A stretch of 64,000 nucleotides of DNA, from the IMG/VR virus record IMGVR_UViG_3300035703_000043, positions 1 through 64,000 of that record, one strand, 5' to 3'. The notes under the pieces are model-generated. The model was not told the DNA's origin. It made no database searches and was given only the letters and a program-made list of their open reading frames with translations. This DNA is from a virus. Lineage: Duplodnaviria; Caudoviricetes. Both the position numbers and the translations under genes were made by a program. This document shows positions 16,116-25,904 of the stretch, one piece after another. Numbering within the stretch: position 1 is the first letter of the stretch; every line of letters begins with the position of its first letter.

Positions 16116-16792
16116 AACTTATTTCGGTAACTCCCGATGCAGAAAAAACAATGGCATATATTGCGAGAGTTAGTAATCCTGCGAACCAAGACAACGAAAA
16201 CTATGCCAAGTTGCTTGCTTATTGTATTAAGCATAATCATTGGTCTGTGTTTGAACAGGCTACTATGACTCTTGAGATTGAAACTAATCGTGGCATAGCA
16301 GCACAGATACTTCGTCATAGAAGTTTTACATTTCAAGAATTTTCACAAAGATATGCTGACACAAATTTGATTACTGGAAATATTCCTATTCCAGAACTTC
16401 GTAAGCAAGATACTAAGAACCGTCAGAATTCTACAAATGATCTTGGTGATTATGTAAAACTTAAATTTCAAGCAGAAATTGCAGAACTGTTTGCCAACTC
16501 TAATAATCTTTACAAGAGGATGTTGGAGGCAGGGGTAGCAAAGGAATGTGCAAGGTTTGTACTTCCACTTGCAACACCTACTCGAATCTATATGACCGGT
16601 TCTTGCAGGTCATGGATACATTATATCAATCTACGTTCTGCAAATGGAACTCAAAAAGAACATATGGAAATTGCAGAGGCAGCAAAATGTGTGTTTATTT
16701 GTCAATTTCCTAATGTTTCTGAGGCACTTGGATGGAAACCAAATGAAAGATGCCCAGATTGTGTTGATGCTCCATCTATTTGCATAGAATAA
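16106..16792 (+). CDS. thyX: Flavin-dependent thymidylate synthase
   Basis: HWSVFE, QILRHRSFTFQEFSQRY, ECARFVLP. Confidence 0.97.
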   Translation: MAVKLISVTPDAEKTMAYIARVSNPANQDNENYAKLLAYCIKHNHWSVFEQATMTLEIETNRGIAAQILRHRSFTFQEFSQRYADTNLITGNIPIPELRKQDTKNRQNSTNDLGDYVKLKFQAEIAELFANSNNLYKRMLEAGVAKECARFVLPLATPTRIYMTGSCRSWIHYINLRSANGTQKEHMEIAEAAKCVFICQFPNVSEALGWKPNERCPDCVDAPSICIE

Positions 16793-16816
16793 ATATTTTC
16801 GTAATAATTATAAAAT

Positions 16817-17059
16817 ATGGCAATTTATCCTATTATTCATAAGGAAACTGGTGAAACAAAAGTAATTGAAATGAGTGTTCACGACATTACTCAATGGTAT
16901 AAAGACAACCCAGAATGGCAAAGAGACTGGTCTCAGGGTTGTGCTTCACCAGGAGAAGTTGGTGACTTACTGAGTAAACACGTTAGTAGAAATCCAGGAT
17001 GGAATGATGTCCTCCATAAGGTTTCAAAAGTTCCAGGTGCAAATGTAAAACCGATTTAA
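16817..17059 (+). CDS. Conserved hypothetical protein
   Basis: 80-aa ORF between thyX and phoH (PGWNDVL..V...PGA). Confidence 0.75.
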   Translation: MAIYPIIHKETGETKVIEMSVHDITQWYKDNPEWQRDWSQGCASPGEVGDLLSKHVSRNPGWNDVLHKVSKVPGANVKPI

Positions 17060-17061
17060 CT

Positions 17062-17820
17062 ATGGCAAGAAAAAGAAGAAACAATGATAATCAACCAATT
17101 GGTGTTGGTTACACATCCAAGCAGATGAAGAGGAGAAAACCAATCAGTGCTGATTATCTCATTGATGTTGAACCTTTAACTGAAAATCAAAAAAAACTTT
17201 TTGATTCATATCAAAATGGAAAGCATTTAGTTGCTTATGGTTGTGCTGGAACAGGTAAAACTTTCATCAGTCTTTATAATGCACTTAGAGATGTATTAGA
17301 TGAAACTACACCATACGAACAAATTTATGTTGTTCGTTCTCTTGTAGCAACTCGTGAGATTGGTTTTCTTCCAGGAGACCACGATGATAAGTCTGCTCTT
17401 TATCAAATTCCTTATAAGAATATGGTAAAGTATATGTTCCAGATGCCAAGTGATGCTGACTTTGAAATGCTTTATGGTAATCTTAAATCTCAGGAAACTG
17501 TAAAGTTTTGGAGCACTTCATTTATTCGTGGTACAACACTTGATAATTCAATCATTATTGTTGATGAATATCAGAACCTTAATTTTCACGAATTAGATTC
17601 TATCATTACTCGTGTTGGTGAAAACAGCAGAATTATTTTTTGTGGAGATGCCACACAATCGGATTTGGTTAAAACAAATGAAAGAAACGGCATTAGTGAT
17701 TTTATGAATATTCTAAGAAAAATGGAATCTTTTGATATTATTGAATTTGGAGTAGATGATATTTGTAGGTCTGGACTTGTAAAAGAATATATTGTTGCAA
17801 AAATGGAAGCAGGTTATTGA
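17062..17820 (+). CDS. phoH: PhoH-family ATPase
   Basis: GCAGTGKT, REIGFLPG, RGTTLDN, IVDEYQN, GDATQSD. Confidence 0.96.
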   Translation: MARKRRNNDNQPIGVGYTSKQMKRRKPISADYLIDVEPLTENQKKLFDSYQNGKHLVAYGCAGTGKTFISLYNALRDVLDETTPYEQIYVVRSLVATREIGFLPGDHDDKSALYQIPYKNMVKYMFQMPSDADFEMLYGNLKSQETVKFWSTSFIRGTTLDNSIIIVDEYQNLNFHELDSIITRVGENSRIIFCGDATQSDLVKTNERNGISDFMNILRKMESFDIIEFGVDDICRSGLVKEYIVAKMEAGY

Positions 17821-18557
17821 TGTCTAATCCTTTAATTGAAAAATATAATGAATTATATGGTGAAAAACAAATAAAAAGTAATCTTTTCACTCATATTGAT
17901 ATTAATCTTCCAAAACTTGAAAGGGAAACCATAGATGGTGTTCGTTATTACACAATACCAGAAGAAGATAAACCAATTAAACTTGTTTCAATTACTTCTG
18001 TAACCAGTCATAAGAACCGTCAGTTCTTTGCTGATTGGAGAAAAAAAGTTGGGGAAAAGCAAGCAGATAAAATTACTAAACAAGCAACCAGTCGTGGAAC
18101 TGATATGCATACACTGGTGGAAAATTATCTTTACAATAAAGACCTTCCACCAGTTCAACCTTTATCTGATTTCCTTTTCAAAATCGCAAAACCAGAATTA
18201 AATTGTATAAATAACATTTATGCTCTTGAAGGTTCTCTTTACAGTAAAGTTCTTGGTATCGCAGGAACTGTAGATTGTATCGGAGAGTATAATGGTGAGT
18301 TAGCAATAATTGACTTTAAGACTTCTAAAAAACCAAAACCACGAGAGTGGATTGAACACTATTTTGTTCAGTGTATGGCATATGGTTGTATGTTATACGA
18401 GATTACTGGTATAATGGTAAAGAAATTAGTCATCATTATGGCTTGTGAAAATGGAGAATGCATTGTTTATGAAGAATATGACAAACAAAAATACATTAAA
18501 TTACTCACCGAATATATTAGAGAATTTGTTAGAGATAAACTTCACCAATATGAATGA
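17820..18557 (+). CDS. PD-(D/E)XK exonuclease
   Basis: RGTDMH, GIAGTVDCI, IIDFKTS, Q...Y motifs. Confidence 0.88.
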   Translation: MSNPLIEKYNELYGEKQIKSNLFTHIDINLPKLERETIDGVRYYTIPEEDKPIKLVSITSVTSHKNRQFFADWRKKVGEKQADKITKQATSRGTDMHTLVENYLYNKDLPPVQPLSDFLFKIAKPELNCINNIYALEGSLYSKVLGIAGTVDCIGEYNGELAIIDFKTSKKPKPREWIEHYFVQCMAYGCMLYEITGIMVKKLVIIMACENGECIVYEEYDKQKYIKLLTEYIREFVRDKLHQYE

Positions 18558-18804
18558 TAAAGTAAAGGACGAATTAAATAGTAAGTTTTTATGTCCTCAA
18601 AGGTTTGCACAGGATATAGAAAATATTGTAAAAAATTCTAAAATCAATTACATTGATGCAATCGTTATTTACTGTGAAGAAAATAGCATTGAAATTGAAA
18701 CAGTTTCTAAACTAATTTCAAAACCATTAAAAGAAAAAATTAAAAATGATGCTATTGAATTGAATTTTTTGAAAAAAACTACTCGTGCTAAATTACCATT
18801 GTGA
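18550..18804 (+). CDS. gp33: Late promoter transcription co-activator gp33
   Basis: YIDAIVIYCEENSIEIE..SKLISKPLKEKI..DAIELNFL. Confidence 0.88.
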   Translation: MNDKVKDELNSKFLCPQRFAQDIENIVKNSKINYIDAIVIYCEENSIEIETVSKLISKPLKEKIKNDAIELNFLKKTTRAKLPL

Positions 18805-19391
18805 CTCCATTTGATGTATATAAAACTTACTTAGCATTTAAAAATCATTTTACAAAAGAAAATTACGATTACTTTAAATATTGTGGAAAGTCCAGAGCAT
18901 CTCTGGACTCTTTTCATAAGAGAAAAGATAGATTTTTCTTTGAACGAACTTCTAGACAGAAGAGTGATGACGAAATAAAAGCATATTTTGTTGCTAACTT
19001 CGTAGAATGTAATGATCCAGAAACTTTATGGATTGGAGAAATCATAAACTCTGGAGAAGAAACATATACTAATTGGTTGAAAAAATCTCAGAGTCTTTTT
19101 TATTTGTTTAAGACAGAGGTAGAAGTTTTTATAAACAAAGATAATTTTGAAACCTTGTTTGAGATAAAAAATAATCAACATCCAGAAATTCTCAAAAAAT
19201 ATTTTCAAAAAGCAGTCAGTTTAGAAACAATGGTAATATTGGATATGATATTGGGTTATGTTAAAAAGTTTGACAAAAAGATGACAGATCCAGTGTGGGA
19301 AACCGTCAGGTTAAGGATTATAAAATACAAACCATTTCTAAATATTGATGTAGCAAAGTACAAGAAAGTTCTTCAGGAGATTGTGTTATGA
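18801..19391 (+). CDS. gp59: Helicase loader gp59
   Basis: YLAFKNHF...YDYFKY.GK...F.KRKDRFFF; position between gp33 and gp32. Confidence 0.9.
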   Translation: MTPFDVYKTYLAFKNHFTKENYDYFKYCGKSRASLDSFHKRKDRFFFERTSRQKSDDEIKAYFVANFVECNDPETLWIGEIINSGEETYTNWLKKSQSLFYLFKTEVEVFINKDNFETLFEIKNNQHPEILKKYFQKAVSLETMVILDMILGYVKKFDKKMTDPVWETVRLRIIKYKPFLNIDVAKYKKVLQEIVL

Positions 19392-19720
19392 GTAGATTTT
19401 TTGATTCGGAACAAGTCAGAGAATCTTTACTTGAATTGGAAGAACTTCAGCAGAGTATTTTTGATGAATTGTTTTCTCTTCCTTTCTTTGACTCAAAACA
19501 AAAAAAGGAACATCTTGATAAGATGAAACTTTTTTTAGAAAAACAAAAAAATTTTGTTTTTAGATTATCATTATCTGATGACCCAGAAGCAATTGAAATG
19601 AAAAATAGAATTCTGGATTCTGCCAAAATGTTTGGATTGAAACCAGGAGACAATTTAAATGTTTTCTTTGAAAAACTGGAAGAGTCAATCCAAAACCTTG
19701 AAGAAACACTTGACAAATAA
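19388..19720 (+). CDS. DUF1825-like conserved cyanophage protein
   Basis: FFDSEQV...RLSLSDDPEA. Confidence 0.75.
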   Translation: MSRFFDSEQVRESLLELEELQQSIFDELFSLPFFDSKQKKEHLDKMKLFLEKQKNFVFRLSLSDDPEAIEMKNRILDSAKMFGLKPGDNLNVFFEKLEESIQNLEETLDK

Positions 19721-19738
19721 CTTGATTCTTGCTACAAT
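19710..19738 (+). promoter_or_regulatory. sigma70 promoter of gp32
   Basis: TTGACA-17 nt-TACAAT with a TG extension. Confidence 0.85.
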
Positions 19739-19739
19739 T

Positions 19740-19783
19740 AATACGTACAATACGTCTCAATACTACTAATACGGAGAATACGA
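19740..19783 (+). repeat. AATAC(G) repeats in gp32 leader
   Basis: Five AATAC units 8-10 nt apart around the GGAG RBS. Confidence 0.65.
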
Positions 19784-20680
19784 ATGTCTTTTGCTGATCT
19801 TAAAAAGCAATCCAAGATGGGTTCTTTGACCGAGAAACTCATCAAACAAGTTGAGAAACTCAACGATGGTGGTTCTAAAGATGATGATAGGTTTTGGAAA
19901 CCTGCAATGGATAAAGGAGGAACTGGTTCTGCAGTAATCCGTTTTCTTCCTGCTCCCGAAGGTTGTGATCTACCTTGGGCACAAGTTTGGTCTCACGCAT
20001 TTCAAGGTCCTGGTGGATGGTTGATTGATAATTGCCTTACGACTCTGGGACAAAATTGTCCTGTTTGTGAGAAGAACCGTGTTCTGTGGAACTCTGGTTC
20101 TGATAAAGATAAGGAAGAAGCACGTAAGCAAAAACGCAAACTTTCTTATTTTGCAAACATTTATGTTGTAAAAGATCCTGCGAATCCAGCAAACGAAGGA
20201 AAGGTTTTTCTTTATAAGTTTGGTAAGAAAATCTTTGATAAGATTAGTGCTGCGATGCAACCAGAGTTTGATGATGAAGAACCAATCAATCCTTTTGATT
20301 TCTGGAAGGGTGCTAACTTCAAACTGAAACTGGTGAAGAAGGATGGATATTGGAACTATGATAAGTCTGAATTTGCAGCACCTTCTGCTCTTCTTGACGA
20401 TGATGATGAACTGGAATCAATCTATAAATCACTTAACAACTTGAATGATTTTGTTGCTCCAAGTGAGTTCAAGTCTTATGAAGATTTGAAGAAACGTCTT
20501 GATTACACTCTTGGTCTTAAAGGAACTCCTAAGTTCCAAGACCCTGAGACGATTGATGAGGAAGAAGAAGTTGAAGTTTCAGTTAAGCAATCTGTTTCTT
20601 CTCGTCCTTCAAGTTCTTCCAGTGAAGATGATGATGAAGATGATGCACTGTCCTACTTTCAAAAATTAGCAGAAAGTTGA
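19784..20680 (+). CDS. gp32: Single-stranded DNA-binding protein gp32
   Basis: DDRFWKP, AVIRFLP, HAFQGPGGW, CLTT...CPVC, acidic tail DDALSYFQKLAE. Confidence 0.96.
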   Translation: MSFADLKKQSKMGSLTEKLIKQVEKLNDGGSKDDDRFWKPAMDKGGTGSAVIRFLPAPEGCDLPWAQVWSHAFQGPGGWLIDNCLTTLGQNCPVCEKNRVLWNSGSDKDKEEARKQKRKLSYFANIYVVKDPANPANEGKVFLYKFGKKIFDKISAAMQPEFDDEEPINPFDFWKGANFKLKLVKKDGYWNYDKSEFAAPSALLDDDDELESIYKSLNNLNDFVAPSEFKSYEDLKKRLDYTLGLKGTPKFQDPETIDEEEEVEVSVKQSVSSRPSSSSSEDDDEDDALSYFQKLAES

Positions 20681-20687
20681 AATAGTT

Positions 20688-20715
20688 AAGGGAGGTTTAT
20701 AACCTCCCTTTTTTT
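20688..20715. terminator. Terminator between convergent gp32 and gp53
   Basis: AAGGGAGGTT-TAT-AACCTCCCTT-TTTTT. Confidence 0.85.
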
Positions 20716-21007
20716 ATACCCCTGTTATTTTTGGATTATAACCACGTTTTGTAGTTTCATTTACATATTGTGAGGATTCATCGTACTTCATAATATTCTT
20801 CATATCACTGATGAATACAGAAAGATATTCTGGTTTTAGAATTAAAATTAACCTTTTATTTTCATTTTGATCAACTTCATATTCATAATTTGTAACTGCT
20901 TTAAAACTATTTTTTGTTGATATTGTACTTCCTGTAGTACTTGTAATTTTAGTATCTTGCTTTTCTGTAGATATTTTTATTTTTACGCCAGGTAATGGAG
21001 TTGCCAT
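20714..21007 (-). CDS. gp53: C-terminal part of baseplate wedge gp53 (separate ORF)
   Basis: VTNYEYE...NENKRLILILKPEYL..F..DM..IM.Y..SSQY matches the gp53 C-terminus. Confidence 0.75.
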   Translation of the reverse strand: MATPLPGVKIKISTEKQDTKITSTTGSTISTKNSFKAVTNYEYEVDQNENKRLILILKPEYLSVFISDMKNIMKYDESSQYVNETTKRGYNPKITGV

Positions 21008-21020
21008 TTTTTATTTTTAT

Positions 21021-21863
21021 TTAGGATTGAGGTAAGAATTTAAACACTGGAACAACTTTTCCATCTTGAAGTTCCCCAACAATTTCATATAATGATGGAT
21101 CTAATACAACGTCATTTTCAAAAACAACATCACCAACTTGTACAGTCGTTGATACATTATTTCTTCCAACAACTGAAAAACTTCCACCCCAACTATTTGG
21201 CCAATCCGATAAAGTATTTGTGATTGATATTGGGGTATTAGTATCTCTTGCTTTTACTTGCAAGAAAGATTTGTTAGTTTCAATATCTTTTACAATGGCA
21301 TCAGTATTTTCATTTGTTAGATTATTGCCAAAAACACGAACAAATTGATTTAAGTTAATTGTGATTACATTATCTATATCTGCACTTGGAAATTCCGATA
21401 GATTGTAATTTAAATCTGTTGAATTTGTCGTAACTGATATTGTTTTTCCTGGATCAACTTGCAAACCACCAGGAATAATTAATCTATTGTATTCATCTCT
21501 GACTTCTATTGTTTCATAATGATGGACTTGTGCAATTGTTTCATCATCACCATATTTGTCCAGTAGATATTTGTAAAGACTATTATTATCTAAAGGCCAT
21601 TGCTCATTTAGATTTGTAATATTATTTGTAATTAATATTACCCAATCAAGAGATGAATCATTATAAACTTTTTGTGCTACTTGGTCTGGTCTCTCGTTAT
21701 CTATTATTTCATAATACTCAAAGGCAGAAACTGCATTTGCAATATCATCTCTAAGTTTTGCTCTTTTAAATAGATTTTTTGTTACAGTATAATCAGTGTT
21801 AAAAGATTGATTTGGAAAATTTGAGATGTACTCAAAGTTTGGGAGTTCTCTAAAGTATGACAT
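21021..21863 (-). CDS. gp53: N-terminal part of baseplate wedge gp53 with extra C-terminal domain
   Basis: MSYFRELP, ERPDQVA..VY....LDWVILITNNI, WPL, HHYET. Confidence 0.85.
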   Translation of the reverse strand: MSYFRELPNFEYISNFPNQSFNTDYTVTKNLFKRAKLRDDIANAVSAFEYYEIIDNERPDQVAQKVYNDSSLDWVILITNNITNLNEQWPLDNNSLYKYLLDKYGDDETIAQVHHYETIEVRDEYNRLIIPGGLQVDPGKTISVTTNSTDLNYNLSEFPSADIDNVITINLNQFVRVFGNNLTNENTDAIVKDIETNKSFLQVKARDTNTPISITNTLSDWPNSWGGSFSVVGRNNVSTTVQVGDVVFENDVVLDPSLYEIVGELQDGKVVPVFKFLPQS

Positions 21864-21864
21864 A

Positions 21865-23379
21865 TTAGTATCCTATATCGTTTTCTGTGATTTTATTATA
21901 ATCACCAGATAGACCATCAAATATTGTATCTTGATAATCACTTTCATATATGGGTTCAATTTCTTGAAATCCTAAAGACATTGTGTAAGAAACTGGTTGT
22001 CCTTCTTCGTATGCTGACCACTGACCATCAGGAGCATAATTTACGGATACTCCTTGAAGAGCACATATTTTAAATTTATTTACACCTGCAATTGATTTTC
22101 CTCCCACAGTTTTATATTCCAACTTAAAAACATTTGGAGAACCAAGAAAAACTGATCTATAACCAGCACCTTTTGTTGCATTAAGTTTTCTTGCAGCACT
22201 TCCTTGCTTGAAGAATCTGATGATTCTTCTTACATCTGCTGCCTCTCCTTCACTTCTTGGACTAAAACGATATGCGAATTGAAATTGACGGAGAGTTGGA
22301 CCTCTGAATAAGAGTTCAAGATTTGAATTTGGAACCAATCCAGCACCCCTTGCCAAAATACTTTCGGGGGAAACTTCAAATCCAGCATTTTTTAATATCA
22401 TTGACATTAATGCTGTTTTTACTTCTGGCATATTTAAGTCAGCATCTGCACCCTTTAATAATGCTGCTTGATTTATTGCTCCTGATGGCAGATTTAATCC
22501 CCCCTTTTGTTGTGCAATGGCAGCAGCAAGTGCAACAAGAGATTGTTGAATTCCAGTTCCAAGCAAATTTTTACCTACATATCCAGCAGCTGCCATTGTC
22601 ATATTATTCATTCTATCATCTCCCCATTCCACATTGTTGGAATCCGAGATTCCAGATGGGATTGGTAGAATGACTGTTCCGATTGGATCTTTTAATGCAC
22701 TATTTCTTTGAACTCCTTCAGTGAATATAGATTTTATATCTATTGCTTTGCCTGGTTCTGGATCAAACAATCCTTCAAGAGGTGGTCTATAATTAAACAT
22801 TGTAATATGAAGTGTATCTTGTTGATTTTCAAGAATATCTTTTGGGTACTTTAAAAGACCTTTAAATAATTTTTTTTCATTTTCACTTTCAAAATTTTTA
22901 TAATTTCCTAAATTAAGTCCAGGGTCAAAAAAGTTTCCTTGTCCTGGTGGGGCAGTGAGTGATGTTCCTCCTAATCCAGGCAATGAAGGTGGTGGCCCTG
23001 CTCCAGCAGGGGCATTGTTAACAATAAATCTTCCTTGATTTTGTGGTTGTGCTGCAGCATTAATCTTATTACCTTTTGCCGTTCCTCCTCTCGTTTGGAA
23101 AGCAGCATAAGATACCTTATTGATAGTTAACGCATAATCTTTTGCTAATTGTGTGGGTTTATTTGGATCCCCATCCTGAAATAATCTTGGGTCACTTATT
23201 GCCGCACTTGTCCAACTACCATTTAGAAAAAATACAGCAGGAGCAATTACATTATGTGGTGGTTGCTCTTTAAGTTGATAATCTCCAGTTTTATAATTAT
23301 ACTCAATTCCAAGTCTAAATGGAATTGGTCCAGCATTTGATGTATAAAAATTATCGTTTAGTATTATCCAGTCAGACAT
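21865..23379 (-). CDS. gp48: Baseplate tail-tube cap gp48
   Basis: LPIP..ISDSN.V.W, NLELLFRGPTLRQFQF, PRSE.EA, KFKICAL...VNY.P, FQEIEP. Confidence 0.85.
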   Translation of the reverse strand: MSDWIILNDNFYTSNAGPIPFRLGIEYNYKTGDYQLKEQPPHNVIAPAVFFLNGSWTSAAISDPRLFQDGDPNKPTQLAKDYALTINKVSYAAFQTRGGTAKGNKINAAAQPQNQGRFIVNNAPAGAGPPPSLPGLGGTSLTAPPGQGNFFDPGLNLGNYKNFESENEKKLFKGLLKYPKDILENQQDTLHITMFNYRPPLEGLFDPEPGKAIDIKSIFTEGVQRNSALKDPIGTVILPIPSGISDSNNVEWGDDRMNNMTMAAAGYVGKNLLGTGIQQSLVALAAAIAQQKGGLNLPSGAINQAALLKGADADLNMPEVKTALMSMILKNAGFEVSPESILARGAGLVPNSNLELLFRGPTLRQFQFAYRFSPRSEGEAADVRRIIRFFKQGSAARKLNATKGAGYRSVFLGSPNVFKLEYKTVGGKSIAGVNKFKICALQGVSVNYAPDGQWSAYEEGQPVSYTMSLGFQEIEPIYESDYQDTIFDGLSGDYNKITENDIGY

Positions 23380-23877
23380 TTATGGTGCGTCCCAAACTTT
23401 GGTTTTAAATACTGGTTGTCCTCGTCTATCCACAAATTTCTCTGTTGGAAGTAAAGATACTCCTGCCCATTCTCCTTCAGGCACTTTAAAGAAATCACTC
23501 ATTACTCCAGAGAAGAGATATTTATGTAAAGTTTTCTTGGGTGCATTTACAATACCTGATTTATTTAGATAAGAATTTGCAACTGCTTCACGATACTTTG
23601 GTGTTAGGTAGTGAAGATTTGAACCAAAAAATGAACCTTCTCTTGGATTTACTTCAATGATATAAGATAGTGGATGCATATCCCAATAATCATATCTTTG
23701 AGGATACTTGGCACTGTACATAAAAAACACCAAATCCCCAGGAATTATAAATCCAGTATCTAATTGATTGATATCTTTTTTGTTGTATTCTAATAAAGAA
23801 TTCATCAATGAATTGACATACCAATTGGTACTTTTATATTTTCCTCCTGTTTCTTTTATAATTTCTTCTGCTATCAT
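23380..23877 (-). CDS. gp2: DNA end protector gp2-like
   Basis: FFMYSAK...YWDMHPL...GSNLHYL; position next to gp4. Confidence 0.75.
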   Translation of the reverse strand: MIAEEIIKETGGKYKSTNWYVNSLMNSLLEYNKKDINQLDTGFIIPGDLVFFMYSAKYPQRYDYWDMHPLSYIIEVNPREGSFFGSNLHYLTPKYREAVANSYLNKSGIVNAPKKTLHKYLFSGVMSDFFKVPEGEWAGVSLLPTEKFVDRRGQPVFKTKVWDAP

Positions 23878-24338
23878 AATTTGATACCTAATTCTTTTTC
23901 TGTCAGAACACGAAACTCATAATTTCTATCTGCACAATATTCTCTTGCTGCTTCCCATTTTGCTTGATTGACTGCCCAAGTTTTAACAGCATATGCCCAA
24001 GATTTTGTTTTTCTTTTTGGATTTGTTTCTGGCATTTTTAAATCTTTTTGTGGTTTAATTTCTACAACCAGATGTCTGTTATTTCCATTTTTGTCTTTAT
24101 ATTTAACGAAGAAGTCTGGGAAATATCTGTGAATTTTATTATCAATTGGAGAACGATAAGGAATCCAAAATTCTTCAGATTTCCAACCATTTACACTTTC
24201 AGTTAGGTCACAATATTGCATAAACTTCAATTCATATGATGACCTATAAACTATATTTGTTGGGTCACCATTATATTTTTCTGGGTTTTGTGGTCTATAT
24301 TTTCCTTGCCTATACTTACTATCTTCGTTACGAGGCAT
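23874..24338 (-). CDS. gp4: Head completion nuclease gp4
   Basis: PEKYNGD...YRSSYE, WKSEE, HRYFPDF, VEIKP, VNQAKW. Confidence 0.92.
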   Translation of the reverse strand: MPRNEDSKYRQGKYRPQNPEKYNGDPTNIVYRSSYELKFMQYCDLTESVNGWKSEEFWIPYRSPIDNKIHRYFPDFFVKYKDKNGNNRHLVVEIKPQKDLKMPETNPKRKTKSWAYAVKTWAVNQAKWEAAREYCADRNYEFRVLTEKELGIKL

Positions 24339-24369
24339 ACATATTATATAATCTTAATCGTATTTATAA

Positions 24370-25116
24370 ATGGCAACTAAAGGACAAAGAGCAGGACAAC
24401 CTGAAATTGGACCTTTATATACGAAGATGACGACTCCTACTGGAGAACTTCCTGGTGCGTTGGATATTTTTGGGAAGTTATCTCTTACGAGTCAATTTAA
24501 AGTATCGTTGCATTTAACTGATAATGATACTGAATTAATGGGATGGTTGCGAACTGCAGGGATTACCGATAATTTACAAGTCTCAAAGTTGTTTGATTTT
24601 TATTGTGCAGAAACTGCACTTCCTGGTGCAACCTTTGATGTCACAGAAGAAATCGGTTCATATCAAGGAGTGATAGAAAGATTTCCAACTAAAAGAGTTT
24701 ATCCAGATGTCACAATGACCTTTTATGTTGATTATGATTATAAACTCATTCGTCTTTTTGAAGAATGGATGAATTATATTAATCCACTTTATACAAATTC
24801 TGGAGAAGTGCAACCAAGTTCAAAAGGACAAGGAAATGCCAAAAATACTCCAGACTTTTTTAGACTAAGATATCCATCATCCTATAAAAGAATTATATCA
24901 ATTGTAAAATTTGAGAGAGATTTTAATACATCCAATCCAAATCAATCTGGGGGAGTTATACAAGATGTTCCCAGAATAACTTATCGTTTAATTGATGCAT
25001 TTCCTACAAATATAGCAGCAATGCCAGTGACTTATGAAGGAAGCACAATCACCAAAACAATAGTCACTTTTAGTTACTCCCGTTATGTAATTGAAAAGCA
25101 TAATGTGAGGAGGTAA
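24370..25116 (+). CDS. Baseplate tail-tube initiator (gp54/gp19-like)
   Basis: C...LPG, MTFYVD, FEEWMNYI, LIDAFP..I, VTFSY. Confidence 0.75.
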   Translation: MATKGQRAGQPEIGPLYTKMTTPTGELPGALDIFGKLSLTSQFKVSLHLTDNDTELMGWLRTAGITDNLQVSKLFDFYCAETALPGATFDVTEEIGSYQGVIERFPTKRVYPDVTMTFYVDYDYKLIRLFEEWMNYINPLYTNSGEVQPSSKGQGNAKNTPDFFRLRYPSSYKRIISIVKFERDFNTSNPNQSGGVIQDVPRITYRLIDAFPTNIAAMPVTYEGSTITKTIVTFSYSRYVIEKHNVRR

Positions 25117-25144
25117 ATAAATAAAAGCACTGAAACATTGAATT

Positions 25145-25873
25145 ATGCCATTACCAAAAATTTCTACACCAACGTATGAGTTGGTTTTGCCTTCAACAGG
25201 AAAAACAATTAAGTACAGACCATTTTTAGTTAAAGAAGAAAAGATTTTAATTCTTGCACTGGAAAGTAAAGATACGAAAGAAATTACAAATGCAATTAAG
25301 CAAGTATTAAAAGAATGTATTTTAACAAAAGGAATTAAAGTAGAAGAACTTCCAACTTTTGATATTGAGTATCTATTCTTGAATCTTCGTTCAAAGTCTG
25401 TAGGAGAATCAATTGAATTGGTTATTACTTGTAGTGATGATATGCAAACTCAAGTTCCAGTGACAATTTACATTGATGAAATTCAAGTTCAAAAAGAGGA
25501 AAATCATAGTACCGATATTAAACTTGATGATTCTTTAGTTCTGAGAATGAAGTATCCTTCTTTAGACCAATTTATCAAAAATAATTTTGATTTTAATACC
25601 GAACAAACCGCATCAAATATTGAAAAATCTTTAGATATTATTGCTTCTTGTATTGATATAATCTTTAATGAAGAAGAAAGTTGGGCAGCATCAGATTGTA
25701 CAAAAAAAGAATTAATTGCTTGGATTGAAACACTTGATTCAAATCAATTTAAACAGATTGAAAACTTTTTCAATACAATGCCAAAACTTGCACATACTGT
25801 AAAAGTTAAAAATCCAAAAACTGGTATAGAAAGTGAAGTAACGTTGGAGGGTTTAACATCTTTTTTCGGTTAA
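25145..25873 (+). CDS. gp26: Baseplate hub subunit/assembly chaperone gp26
   Basis: MPLPKI.TPTYEL, YRPFLVKEEKIL, FDIEYLFLNLRSKSVGE, FFNTMPKL, LEGLTSFF. Confidence 0.92.
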   Translation: MPLPKISTPTYELVLPSTGKTIKYRPFLVKEEKILILALESKDTKEITNAIKQVLKECILTKGIKVEELPTFDIEYLFLNLRSKSVGESIELVITCSDDMQTQVPVTIYIDEIQVQKEENHSTDIKLDDSLVLRMKYPSLDQFIKNNFDFNTEQTASNIEKSLDIIASCIDIIFNEEESWAASDCTKKELIAWIETLDSNQFKQIENFFNTMPKLAHTVKVKNPKTGIESEVTLEGLTSFFG

Positions 25874-25904
25874 GTATGGCTTATATGGAATTGGAGTCAT
25901 ACTT
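25846..25904 (+). other. Putative -1 programmed ribosomal frameshift signal (gp26 to gp51)
   Basis: GGAGG 25846-50; T TTT TTC 25861-67; stem AAGTATGGCTT/GAGTCATACTT 25872-25904; gp51 lies in the -1 frame. Confidence 0.7.

Noticed and set aside
17820-18557. Cas4 / CRISPR adaptation gene
   Set aside because: Standard cyanomyovirus exonuclease between phoH and gp33; no array and no evident Fe-S Cys cluster
21005-21030. Frameshift or readthrough joining the two gp53 halves
   Set aside because: The downstream frame has TAA two codons before its ATG, and simple readthrough would stay out of frame
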